In this document: one piece after another, positions 1 to 40,160 of the stretch | Layout of the letters: the number at the start of each line of letters is the position of its first letter | Numbering within the stretch: position 1 is the stretch's first letter | DNA from: Octopus vulgaris | Taxonomy: Eukaryota | Length of the DNA stretch: 64,000 nucleotides | Assembly (NCBI GenBank): GCA_951406725.2 | Contig: OX597817.1 | Location: forward strand, 106,516,001-106,580,000 | Reading direction: 5' to 3' | Translations under genes and position numbers: made by a program | Notes under the pieces: generated by a model | Seen by the model: the letters and a program-made list of their open reading frames with translations, nothing else | Database searches by the model: none | What the model was told of the DNA's origin: nothing

Positions 1-389
1 TGATAAAAAGATCATGATTGGATGGTGCTAAACAGGATACTTCTGAGGAGCAACAATCTGAACAGATCTATAGCGGAATATCTTGCTCAACTTTTAAGTT
101 CAGCCAATAGTTTTTTTTCTCAGTACTTGAGACACTTTCTTACACTATAAATACTGCCTATCCTCAATTGTTATATGTAATGACTGTAGGAAAAATAACA
201 TCCATCACAAGTAATATTGATTGATTTCTTATATTTGGAAAAACAATTAAAAAAGCTTTTAAATTTTTAAAGAAAATATGTGAATTTCTAGTATTCATAT
301 CATTCTCCAAGAGAATTTGTAATTAGATGAAATGGTTTACAACATGAAAGAAAAACTTTCAGACTTCAATTTTACTAAGAGATTGGACA

Positions 390-640
390 GTATTGTTTCA
401 AACCCCAGGATTCATAGTGCTAGTTACCTGGTTTCTATGGTATATAAGTGACAGATCACAACATTCTTCCTGTACAGGACACCAGCCCACAGAGTTACTC
501 ATTTACAAATGATAGGACTGGAGTGACATGAAATTAAGTGTTTTTTTTTCTCAAGAATACAACACACTGCCCAGTCCAGATATCAAAACCACAATCTTGC
601 AATCGTGAGTGCAACATCCTAACCATTAGGCCATATGCCT
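390..640 (-). mobile_element. tRNA-derived SINE, degraded
   Basis: Reverse complement begins TGGCCTAATGGTTAGGATGTTGCACTCACGATTGCAAGATTGTGGTTTTGAT (tRNA-like head) followed by GTGTTGTATTCTTGAG. Related copies lie at about 15690-15985, 43300-43552 and 58565-58905. Boundaries approximate. Confidence 0.6.
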
Positions 641-819
641 GATTTCTGTTGCTGGACTGCATTTATGCTAGAACACTGCAACTCCAAGAGTGTTAGCTAA
701 TTATATCAACTGTGACTTAACTTTTCTAACCTTATAACTGAGAATATCAAAATTGATTTCGACAAACAGAAATATAACCAAGTTCAACTTATTGATTCTG
801 CAGTCCTCATGCGTGTGTA

Positions 820-2270
820 TTAGGTCATACCATAACTAATGCAGTTTTTTTATACTTTTATTTTCCAAAACTAAGATAAACAAAGTTATTTTTCAATCTA
901 AAATATACTTTCCTTCATTTTCTACAATGATCCTCCATCTATCTGGTAGACTTGCAAGGCCCCTCTTCCAAAGTTCACTTGTCCATGACATAAAAATACT
1001 CCTCCAGTACTGTTCTGACCTCATCCACACAATTAATGGTTCAGAGCACCACGACATGTAATCATGGAGGTATGAGTTCGAGTCTCATATCCGGCCACCA
1101 ACACTTTTTTCTGCAAAACAGGGGTAGCTTATCTTGTTCAGGCTATATTATTAGTATTATCCTGCATTTGAGAATTTAAAATCACTTCTTTGACTTTCTC
1201 ACACGATTCGTATTTTTTCTGTCCAAATGATTTTGAAGACTGTGGAATAAATGATAATCAGATGGGGCAATGTCCTGCAAATATGGTGGCATCATTTCCC
1301 GTTCAAACTGCTCCAGTCTTTGGAATGTCATCCTCGCTATATGTGGTTGAGCATTATCCTGATGGAAGAACACCATTCATCTTGAAACCAAAGACAGTCA
1401 TTTTCCTTCTAGCATTGATTTATGCTGCTCAAGCTGCTTGCAGTAGATCTCTTTTGTTATCATTTGGTTTGAGTTTAGAAGTTTGAAGTGGACTAAACCT
1501 TTCGTATTCCACCAAACAGATACCAATGACTTATGTGGGTGAAGACCTTCTTTAACCTGGGGTGCCGGTATTTTTCCTTTCCCTACCCACTGTCTTTGGC
1601 ACTCAACATTTTTATAGAGAACTCATTTCTTGTCACCAGTAACTATTCAGTCCAAGAAAGGTTCATTCGTGAGACATGACAGCAAAGAAGAGCACATACT
1701 CACTCTCTGCATGCAATTGGACTTGGAAAGTTTATGAAGAACCCATTGACCCAATTTGCTGACTTTTCCGATGGCATGCAGGTGTCAATGAATGGTTGAA
1801 TGACCAAATCCAAGCTTCTCTGCTAGTTCCTTAACAGTTACAATGGGATTTTGTTCCATCAGGGTTTGCAGGGAATCCTCATCACGCTCTATAGATCTTC
1901 CAGGATGAGGCTCATCTTCTAGGCTGTAGTTTCCAGCTCGGAATTTCTGGAACTACTGTTGATACTGGCTTGCGTTTATTGTCCGATCCCCATACACTGC
2001 ATTAATATTCCTTGCATTTTCCATTGCGTTCTTGCTTTTATTGAACTCATAAAGCAAAATATGCCAAATATCTTTATTCCCTTCCATTATAGCTTTGAAA
2101 AATAACTGCTAAAATCGAACTACACTCTTCAAAACTTGCACTAAGACTAAGGACAAGGTAAAATTACTACCTGCTTTTATAGCAAGTTGATGCAGGTAGT
2201 TTATCCCATACCCCTCTGACTTTTAGTTCATGCAATTGAAAAAAACCACATTATTTATAGGATGACCCAA
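820..2270 (-). mobile_element. mariner-family DNA transposon, full length but decayed
   Basis: Imperfect TIRs (TTAGGTCATACCATAACTAATGCAGTTTTTT at 820; AAAAAACCACATTATTTATAGGATGACCCAA ending 2270), both flanked by TA. Minus-strand transposase motifs HQDNAQPH, APSDYHLFHSLQNHL and GLASLPDRW. Frameshifted. Confidence 0.85.
1031..1199 (+). mobile_element. tRNA-like/SINE fragment inserted into the mariner
   Basis: A-box-like TAATGGTTCAGAGC and B-box GAGTTCGAGTCTC. Flanked by CACAC direct repeats (1026-1030, 1200-1204); removing it restores the transposase reading NRVDEVR. Confidence 0.6.
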
Positions 2271-5200
2271 TATATATTTTTCTATAACTTACAAAAAGAC
2301 TCCCATGCTATTTCGATCTACCAAATTTCATTTCAAAAGGCTTTGCTCATTGCAAGACTTATGGTAGACAACACTCACTCAAGGTTCTATGTAGAGTGGG
2401 ATCAAATATTGAACAATGTGGTTGCAAATTGAACCACAGAGCCACTCATGGAAGCTCAAGTCATATTCTTTTTATTACTGTAATAAAATTAGTCCATCAC
2501 TATCTTTGTTATGTCCATCCACCACCCTGAAATTCCTGAAATTAAATAGGAAGGATCTGTTTTAAAAATTTCACCTTTTTTTAATATTTTGTAAAAATAT
2601 TTTTATAGAATAGACATAGATAGAAGAAAGTTATAAAAACAATGTGTTTAACTTAGCAGCAGTAATTGGGTTTGAAGTTACAACAGAAAAATTAAGTGAT
2701 ATAATTAAGCCATAAACTCAATTTATTTTGTCTTTTATTTTAATTCATATCTAAATTCATCTGTTACAAAAGTGTTTTTATTATAATCACATAGTCCTTA
2801 GACAAAACTATTATATTCTCATGTATAAATTTCATTATCATTTTATCTCACTCCACAGCAAGGTTAACATATTCAGGCTATCTTCAGAATTCATATTTCA
2901 CTGTCATTTAGAACAGCACTCCTAAAGTTGACATTGTTCAACTAACTTGTTGTTTGTGCATAAAATTCCTAAAATGTCAAATATTGTGCAAGTTTCTAAT
3001 TGTTAAATATCCTGTCCTTTGTACTCTTACTAATAACTCAACCCATATCTAATTGTTTTCTAAGAAATATGGCACCTGTAACTTTCAAATATGCATCAGC
3101 AAGCCAACAAGGAGCATCTACATGGTCGACTGATCTGCTAGAAATAGCAGTCAGTCCTCAAACTGCACCTTATCTTAAAAGGATGTTGGTTATCACTATC
3201 CTATTAGAAGGGATGGTCATGGCTGGAATGCTTTTGATTATAATTCTAATTAATGAGGGTTGATCTGGGACTAAATAACAAGAAATAAGCATCATTATTA
3301 GATTTGTGATTCAACTGCAAATAATATTTCCATGTTGATCTTGCTAATTATTCCATGAATATTATGAAGGTTATGTGTTAAATAGAAATAAAATTTAGGT
3401 AATTTATTCACTAAACCTTGTTTGATAAATATTTCTGTCTGTTGACTGTCTAAGTATTTGAGATAAATTGTTAATAAATAAGAAATTGTAATGAATGATA
3501 ATTTTTCACAGCATTAATTCAAAAATGAATCACTTATTGATATTTACAGATAAAAATTATAATTATATATAATTAACTGCATCAGATTTGAGTGAGTGTG
3601 TGACTGTCATGACAGCAAAAGAAATCAAGATTTCTCATGTTTGTACGTAAAATTAATGTATGTTAAAACAAGTATGAGCATGAGCCTCTGTGTGTATGTG
3701 TGTGTTTGTGTGTGTATAAATGTATGTAATGTATATATATGTGTGTATATAAATGTATGGAATGTGTGTGTTTGATCATCCTTTTTATGCTCACTTTTCC
3801 ACACTTGCATGGGTCAGATAGAATTTGTTCTAGCAGTGTAGACCAGAGCCACGAGAGTCACAGAAACTGAATAAAACCTATATGTATTTGTGTATTCATG
3901 TGTGTGTGTGTGTGTGTGTGCGCGCATATGTGTGTATGTATGTGTGTATATACACACACACACACATATATATATATATGGGGAGGCATGTGCATGTTAA
4001 TGTCTTCTTGCCTTGATATCGGGTGTTGTAAACGAATGTCACTGTCATACAAGTAGTGTCCTTCATTTTCAATCTTCAATATCTTGTTTTGAAACAGGTG
4101 ACGGTTGGCAATGGGAAGAGCATCCAGTCATAGTGTGTTTTAAGCAAACTTCGTCCAACTCATGCAAGCAGGAAAAGTGTATGCTAATCGAGAATGATAA
4201 TGATGTATATATTTACTTAAGCTATGTTCTCTTTTTGTATATGTCTAAGTGTTCTGTCTGCTGGAGATAAGGTTGGACAACTGCTGCAGTGACGATGCTT
4301 ACTGATCCAGAAACACGTATGTTCAGAATAGCAGATTGTACCTTATTTTAGAGTATATCAATTTTGAGCCTTGATTCTTGATATTATCTCCCCTTCTTAT
4401 ATCCCAATAACCACCAAACGATTGTTCTATCATCCTCGGAAACAAAATTAATTTCATTAAATCAAGAATCTAGTTTGCATAGTATTCAGTATGCCCTTTT
4501 TGTATTTTTTGTGCAAATATATGCCCCGGGCCCCTCTGTGGTATTTGCTTTTCGTTTTATTCCTTTGTGTTAGTTACTTTCATTTTGATGGACTGGTTAA
4601 GTGTCCAGGGGTCCCCGGATTTAAATTATAGTAGGGGAGTAGTTTACTAATGTTTGTGCGTGCGCACACACGTTATGCTGTCAAAGCAAATGGGTGTGAA
4701 CTATATTTGTGTATGCTTACACACAGCATGTACAGAGGATATGCTTGACATTTTGTCTCAGTAATAATTTTCTCTCCGAGTGTTCGCAGAATAGAAAACG
4801 GGAAGAATGAAAAAACTGCCTGATCCCACAACTTTTCTTGTTGCAATAACGTGACGAATAAATCATATAAATAATTCCATGAGCTATCTTCTTCAGTCGC
4901 AGTGTCTACCTGTTGTAAGTAATTCGGCTGGTAAAACACGACATGAATGAAGAATCTATTTAAATTTATCAAATCGCGTGTCTATGTATATTAGTACACG
5001 CATAACACGCGTATTTGAATGTATTACACACACTCACGCATACGTTACCGAGTTAAGTCCCTTGCACTACATAATTTTTGAGAAACGACTTTGAAGGGAT
5101 TTGTTTACCTTCTCATGTTGCATCGCGACTATTCATCAGGAAATGAAAGAACATCACAATCCCTGTTCTTTCCGCTCCTAAAGCAGTATAAAGAGTTAGG

Positions 5201-6381
5201 TTAGAGAATAGAACTTGGTGTATTACAAGATTTAGTTTGGTCATTCAACTTTTAAAAACTAAATTTTCTAAAAAAAACTTTTTTCATAGAGAAAGTTTTT
5301 TTTTTTTCATGGTCCCCTTTCTAGAAAAATAATATATTCGAATTCAATTAGCATTAGAACTTAAGAAAAACATTTTTTAAAAATAAATAAAATAAAATTA
5401 GCTGTTCTATTTTTAAATTTTACGACAAACTTACATTTTATATCTGACTGGATTTTCATATTTCACTAATTGTTTGCGAACGTGATAAGACACGCCCTTT
5501 GTCGCTGAATGTCAAACGATTAAATTTTGACATTATTTTCTAGGCCCTAGCTTGTATTCTCAATTGAATTAGTTGGGGTTTTTTTTCAAGTGTTGTGTGT
5601 AACCTGCCAAACGTAGAAAAAAATATTTGAATTTTATTAAAGTTAAAAAGTAGATACTAAGATTGCGCATAGTAAAATTTTCCATACGATAAAAAAAAAA
5701 AAACGGCGACAAGTAGAATCTTAAAGAAAAAAAAATATTCCTAAATAATAATTTACATACCGTAATTATAACAAAATAATGTGAAAAGAAAATGTATGCA
5801 TGTTCATGTTTGCGCTACAAAAAAAGAAAACCTAACTGGAGGTGTTGATTTAGGGCTTGCCATGGCCCTCGTAGCAGATATAAAAACCCAAGTCGACTAC
5901 AGGTGGTTGGCGGCTATGTGCTTTGAAATAATTTAAAACTAAGAAGCGACAACAGAGCACTGTCTTGACTGTCGCTGTTTAAATAAATGCTGGATATGAC
6001 AAGCCTTCATTTCTCCCACACTTTTCTTTCCGTACATTCCTTAACGCTTACTCCCCGTTTCTCTACAAATAGTTTCCTAATCGCCCTTTCCTTTGTTGTT
6101 GTTACTCTACTCACACAGTTGTTTCCTTGTACAATAGTTGCCATAAACGAGTTTATCCATGGTATGTACTTAAAAGATTAGCGAAAGCTCCGACTTGAGA
6201 ATAAATGTTTGTTTTTCCTCTCATGGTTGTCGTTTCCGTTAGACGAGGAAATAAATTTTTGCAAAGATAAAAATCAAAATTTATGTTATGCGCTCTTATG
6301 CTCTAAACTTCCTATTTCCCTTCTTGACTTGTTCTTATATGAATCTATCATTAAGAAAATTCACTTTCTCTTTTCTAGGTC

Positions 6382-6391
6382 CCATATAAGG
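6382..6391 (+). promoter_or_regulatory. CArG box (SRF site) upstream of tropomyosin exon 1b
   Basis: CCATATAAGG matches CC(A/T)6GG exactly, about 620 nt upstream of the ATG at 7002. Confidence 0.6.
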
Positions 6392-6559
6392 AATAAATTG
6401 CTCATCCGTCATTCATTTTTGTCACCAGCGACGATATGTCCCTCCGCCTTCTTTCTGTCTCCTGTCCTTCTAGCAGTGGGAGGTGTGATAAATAGGCAGA
6501 AAAGCGCCTATTCCAGGTGTAGCAGTACTACTGCATATCACATGATTAAAATGGCCATC

Positions 6560-6569
6560 CCTTATTAGG
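6560..6569 (+). promoter_or_regulatory. second CArG box upstream of tropomyosin exon 1b
   Basis: CCTTATTAGG matches CC(A/T)6GG exactly, about 440 nt upstream of the ATG at 7002. Confidence 0.6.
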
Positions 6570-7001
6570 ACGCGTATAGATATTTTTTATGAATCATACA
6601 TTTATTTCTAAAATAAAATTATATCGATAGATTTTGCAAACTATTTCCTCTTGACAGGTCCTATCCTTTTATATGCTAACTATAAGTAGTCGTAATTGTG
6701 TAAATAGAGCGTTATTTTCGCAAATTACATGAGTGCTAAGTTTTGTCCAGTGTAGTAACACAACAGGGTGCACAGTCAACCGGCTTCACAACGTAACAAC
6801 TCAACTGTCCGCCATTAGTGTTGCCGTATTCTTAGTAGTTATTCCTCTCTACATTCATTTAGCTTTCTTTCCTAAAGCTTCGGATCATTATCATCAAGGA
6901 TTTATTTCTCGGCATTTTATATACATATACTCATATATCTGTTTTAAAACTGGGATTATAATACTACTACTTTCTTAATCGAACACTAATTTGGCATCAA
7001 A

Positions 7002-34018
<27,017 letters not shown>

Positions 34019-34937
34019 GTTCACTATTATGACTATGACAGATCAGCTGCTCTTGCGTCAGACTATTTAGATAGGTCTTTCTGCAGTCATGTGATGATCA
34101 AAAAAAAAAAGAAATTATAATAATAATGAACAGCTGTAACATTTCTGAGCTGCACTTGATGAATAAATACCTTCTTGTCCAGAGTGGAACAGACTATCAA
34201 AAATTTACTCTTGCAGACAAATAAATAAAAAAAATATCATAAAAAATTTAACCTACCAAAAACCTGTATCCAAAGTAAAAAGAGAAAATAACAACACTCC
34301 CAGATCATATTTTCTTCTTTCATCTTCCTCTATACCTAGACCAAAACTTTGTGTGGTTACTTGTTGACACCTTTGTCGATTCATTTTTCGAATCACTATG
34401 GGGCAAGCAGAACCAAGTTTTAGATAATTGACTGCAAGGAAGAAGTATTTAAGGTTGGCTGGATGCATTTATTTCATTCTCATTAGCTTTTGAAATTCAA
34501 AGGATTATGGTTCATTTGTCCAAATGCCTGTCAAACTTTATAGCTCAAAATTATCTCTTTTTCTATTTGATGAGTTTCCAGCCATCAACACATAGCCAGC
34601 AAATAGCATGTAAACTTTTTGGAAGGTTCTAAGCATCTTTAAAATTTTATTCTTAAACTTTGCTACTTCTTTGCTGTTCTCTTGAGTGTTTCTAGCAGAA
34701 ATACCATCTTAATGTAGCACTTTTTACTGAGGCCTTTCTTTGATTCTAGGGGGATAATGTAATGACATTATTATGACTATGGTTATTCACTCTTTCTTAG
34801 CTAATCTTCTCAACTATGTCTGACTTCTTTTTGCTGGATCTAGTTGTGTAATGGATCTTGTAATTCTCTAGGCTAAAACCTTAGCCTAGCTTTGCTGCCA
34901 CATCCCCCAGAATATATCGCCAGTTTGTTCTAATACT

Positions 34938-35012
34938 AATAAAATCCATATGCTCTCCAATTTGTGTTGTTTTCACAAATAAACACATATTTCAATAGTG
35001 TCTTTTTTTTTT
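34938..35012 (+). terminator. probable distal polyadenylation region of tropomyosin exon 9b
   Basis: AATAAA at 34938 and 34978 followed by a GTGTCTTTTTTTTTT downstream element. Proximal AATAAA hexamers also occur at 34162 and about 34220. Confidence 0.5.
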
Positions 35013-36939
35013 CTCTCTCTCACACACACACACACTCTCTCTCACTTTCTACTTGTTTTGCTTTTGCTTCATTTTAAAGCTTATATTAAATGGAATATTG
35101 AGTTTTCTCTGAAAATATTTTCTTCTTCCACTATTTGTAAACTGCAGTCACATCAATAACTTCTGTTTCAAGGAGATTACTATTATCTTTTAATTGCAAT
35201 TGATATTCCATTTATTTCTATTGAATAATTAAAAAAACAGAAAACTAAAGGTACAGTTAGCCCTTAGCAAAGTTTTGTTTTCTAAAAAGCAGATTTATTG
35301 CAAACACTGCTTTTTAATTTCTGCCAATCAAGGGATTAATATTTTCCCCGTTCTTATTTAAAAATACTGCTCATTCATCAAGTATGTTTTAAGCAAATTT
35401 TTTTCATTTCGTGTAACTGAAAAAATAGCTTGGTTTTAAGTAGGACAGAAGGATTAAAAAGAATAGGTATTTTTAATAAACATATTCTCATCTTAAAACC
35501 AATCGTGCCTTGCTAAAATAAATTAATTTCAATATACTGAAAACTATTTTAGATGTATTGATAAATAATTAATATCTCATAATGAGCTGTATAATCTTGT
35601 CATGTAATTTCAACCTTTTGGAACAAAAATGTAAATTTTAAACTTAACACTACACTTAATAAAATTAGTCAACTTTCTAGAATTCTGATTTTCTTTCTTT
35701 TTTTTTTTTTTTTCTTTTTTTCTGTAATGAAATCCCTAATAAATATTATCAATATCATAAGTGATCCCCTTTATCATTTTAAATTTTGTTCATGCTTATT
35801 GTCTACTTTTTATTTATTTTCCTCCTTGACCTATCTATTTGAATTGTCCTTCAATATATAGTTTCTTTTTGTATTCACTTATGCCTTCTCTTTGTGGCCG
35901 TCAGTGTTGAGTTTTTTTTGTTTTTTGTTTTTTTTGTTTATTTTAGAACTTAGTCTTACTGGGTTGTTTTAGCTTCTCATTTTCTGCAGCCTTTTGAGAG
36001 AAAATCTTTATGAAAATAATTTTTTCAAAACTTGCTTATTATTTATTGCATTTAAAATTTTTTGTTTGGGGTTAAAAACTGAACAGATGATTCATCATTG
36101 GCAAGTGCAAAGTTAATTTAGATATTTACTTATATAGCACCCTTTAAGAATCAACACCTAGAAAAAGAAATTTTTTGATTGCTTGGGATGAACAAGGTAA
36201 CCTGCCATTTTCATTATTTAATACTTAGACATATTTCTGTTGAGGACATCTCTTGATATGAATTTAAAATGAACATCAATGTTTTGCAATGGTCTTGCTG
36301 TTGAAAAATCAAACTAAATAATTATGCAGGCATTCATCTATTTACCATCAGGTGTGCTTAACTCTATTCGTCAAGTCTGTTATCTGCAAGCTGTTCATAG
36401 TGGCTCTTGGAGCAACCTATTGCTGATTTACTGTTATCAATGTTGCTGCATTACAATCATTGATATATCTGCTATAACTCCTCATGAGAACAACAACTAT
36501 TTTATTTCTAAAATGTCGTTGTTGCTGTAACTGAAGAATATTTCAGATTTGATGCTCTTCATTTTCATACAGTTTCAGCTCCAGATATATCTAACTTAAG
36601 TACACAATAATGAAAGTCTGTTAGATCAGACGTGTTCAATTGTAGACAACTTTCACATTCTATGTATTGATTCTTAAAGTATTTATACACATACACACAC
36701 ACACACACACATATATATAACCAATCTAGAGTGAACTTAGCTTATTTTTAATCAGGGTAGATGCAATCTATAATTACTCATACAGAATAAGAGTATATGC
36801 AACTGTGTGTATGGATATTTGTTGAGTTTTTAAAGCTATATATTTTGTTTATACCTGGAAACAGAATTTTTACCTAGAATGAATTTTGTGACATTTGAAG
36901 GGATTTATTATATGTGGTGTATGCTCATAATTATTTTAC

Positions 36940-37900
36940 ATCCACTTTTCCATACTTGCACATACTGGACCAGTCTTTTCTACCATTTGTTAGATGGGTC
37001 TTCTTACCATTTATTGTGGTTTAACCTCTTGAGATCACCATTTCCTACAGTTAGCTTAGTTTTCTTCTTCCACACGATCCTTCCATTTGGATCACTTGGC
37101 ACTTCTTTACCCTATTGTCATGTGCCATATGCATCATATGTCCATACTGGTGTAGTCTTCTGTCTTGCATGCTATGTTTGATTACTCTTATACCCAGGCT
37201 TTTTCTCAGTTCATTTGTGCGCCATTGTTCATGCACACTAACATTCTACACCCAGCAGAGCATGTTTGCTTAATATCTTTTCTGCCTTTGCACTGCCTCT
37301 GCATTCAGTGCCCATGTTTTGCTACCATGCAACATTGCACTTCAGACACAAGCATCATGCAATCTGCCCTTCACTCAGAGAATCGCCTTTGTTGCCTGCA
37401 GAAATGGCAGCTCACTGGACTTTTTCTACCCTGTTCTTATTTTGGCTAATGTATTCTCAGAATACGTTCTGTCCACTGTTAATTAGACCATCTAGGTAAC
37501 AGAAGCTAGCTAATACTTTTAGAGAGCCTTGCTATCATATGAAAGAATTTATCTCATATTGCTCTTGCTGCTAACTACTTCTAAGCATTTACTATATATA
37601 TGAAGTCTTTCTCTAGCCTATCTGTAATCCTACTTCATCTCTTGAGTGTCCAGACTTCTCATTTGGTATACTGTACAGAGTTCTTACCCACCCTTTTTCG
37701 GCATACTGTGCATGGCTACTTTCCTGATGGCAATAGTCTTGTCTGCTTTCCTTTACTCGAAGGCCTCTTAATTCCAAGCTTTGCTTTTGTGTTTGGCTGT
37801 TATTAAGTGAACTAGGTTATTGACATACAGAACATCCTATGAACGAGCAGTCTTAAACCCCTCCATTACAATCTAAAGAGTTATGATAAACAGGAGCAGG
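36940..37900 (-). mobile_element. RTE-clade LINE 3' fragment, decayed
   Basis: Minus-strand peptide TNELRKSLGIR...QDRRLHQYGHMMHM...EGSCGRR resembles the RTE ORF C-terminus (RLRWFGHV.RM...G.R.RGRP). Confidence 0.65.
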
Positions 37901-39863
37901 TTTGAGAACCAAGCCTTGAACCTGCTGACTGAATTCCACAGTAAACTCTTAACTGACTTTCAAATTGCTGGTGGCTTGCATGGATTTTCACACACCATTT
38001 GTCTAAATCTGTGGTCAACAGATAACAGAGCATGGAACCCTGTTGAAGCCTTCATCGGGTCAACAAGCTAAGTATAGTGGCTTACTCTTAGCTAAGAAAT
38101 TTTGCAGTTGTCTTCACTATGAAGAGGGCACTGTGATAACCTGTCTTGGTGCTGACCCATTCTTTTTATTTAAGCTAATTCTTTTCTTAATTTGCTATAC
38201 TATTGCTATTTCCATAATTTGGTGTATCTGATGCTTCTGTAGTTGTTTCTTTTTCAAGCACTTCTTTTATCCTTGTAGTAGCTGAGATTCGTTAGTCATT
38301 AAGTATCACAAACCCCTGAATTTCTTGACTGGCTATAAACCAAGGCTTCTATGTGATCATTCAACCTTTTAAAATAGCAGCCAAGTCCCCATCAAATTGC
38401 AGTTAGAAAAGGAAGTTGAATGTGATCCTGGGTTCCCTTCATATAGGAAATCTATGAAATGTTTATGGCTAGAATGACTTTGGCTGTAGGTTTGCTTGAT
38501 CAGGGCTGACCTTGGTCTAAACAACAACCTGTTTGATTATGCAAATAACTAAGTATCCACACTTTTACCAGATAATCTCTGCATCTCAACTCTATCTCTC
38601 ATGTTTTAGTTACATTTTCTGTCTTCATATCTTTAAATGTCCTTTTAAACCATTTTGTCAGCTTTTCACATTAAACCATTTAAGTTTAACATATAGAAAC
38701 AGGTTTTATTACTTCCTTGCAGTAATCAGTTTTGGTAATTCATACTAAATTTATGAGTTTGAACTAATGTATTGATAGAGGTGTGAAAAGTGACCATAGC
38801 TTTGAGTCTATATTCAAAATTTCTTACGTCTTGTCATATTTTTTTGTTATATCTATTCTATAATTCAGCTGAAAAATTGGTTTTGTAATGGGTGAAGTCA
38901 TCTTGTGGAATATTATTCATGTAAGGCATGTCTGATAGGTTATGAAGTGGTCAGTGTTTTTAGGCTTGAACTGGTTTTGATTTGTATTATAGTTTTAGTT
39001 TGTGTTTATATTAGGAGTATAAAGAAAATACAAGTTCAGAGAATTGCAAAACGAATCTAAGGTATAAAGTTGTCTGGCTGATATTTTTTTGATAGATGAA
39101 AATTGTGACATTTTTTCAATGAAATAGACAAAACTACCAGAGATATTCAGCTCTCACACAGGAACTGTTTGTTAGGTGTGTTTAATAGTGAAGTATTCAG
39201 AGATGCAATCAGACTATCAACTGAAGTTTCATATGTTCATATAATTATTCTTGTTTACCAAACTCTAGAAGCAGTCGTTTCAAAGTGCAAATTGTGGAAG
39301 TGAAATAGAGATTTGTTTCTTTCACTTAATATTATAGAATTGAACACTTCTTCAAATATTACTTGCTAAGATGCCAAATGATTTTTTTTCAGTGTTACAA
39401 AATGGATAGTCATAAGAGCAACAGGAAAATGAACCATGCATCATTAAATCTGTAGCTGAATGTATTTAATCTAACTTGTAAAGCTGAAATTCTTCAGTAG
39501 CAATTTTCATTGAATGTGCTGTCACATTGGTTAATATTGCTTCAACCAAGAATTAACTGAATATTTTACAAACTGATGATTGAGAAAAGTTATATCTTCA
39601 AAGACTTAGAGAATCACTGCAAGCTATTGTCAGTTATACATGCTGATGATTACAGAGGAGTTGCACTGGGCCAGTTGAAGCTAATGGTGAAATGTAAAGC
39701 TAATTATTAGAGGAAATCATTTGATACTTGATCAGCAACCCAACACTTATTAACTTAGGTAGCCTTGTAATTAAAAAGTTGATGTTAAAAGCAAATTAGC
39801 ATGGAATTTCAGTGAAACAGTTTTTATTTAGTTCACTTTCAAACAAGAGATTGATATCATGCA

Positions 39864-40160
39864 CAGGAGTAGCTTGCTAACCAACCACATGGTTCCGGGT
39901 TCAGTCCCACTGCGTGGCATCTTGGGCAAGTGTCTTCTGCTATAGCCCTGGGCCGACCAATGCCTTGCGAGTGGATTTGGTAGACGGAAACTGAAAGAAG
40001 CCTGTCGTATATATGTGTGTGTCTGTGCTTGTCCCCCTAGCATTGTACTGGGCTTACAAAGAATAAGTCCCGGGGTCGATTTGCTCAACTAAAGGCGGTG
40101 CTCCAGCATGGCCGCAGTCAAATGACTGAAACAAGTAAAAGAGTAGGAGTAAAGAGAGAG
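39864..40160 (+). mobile_element. CORE-like tRNA-derived SINE
   Basis: GGTTCCGGGTTCAGTCCCACTGCGTGGCATCTTGGGCAAGTGTCTTCT...GGTAGACGGAAACTGAAAGAAGCC, near-identical to the copies at 46853 and 47274. Confidence 0.85.

Noticed and set aside
1-7000. Long-isoform tropomyosin first exon(s), aa 1-80 (MDAIKKKM...)
   Set aside because: Searched by eye and not found; probably upstream of the window.
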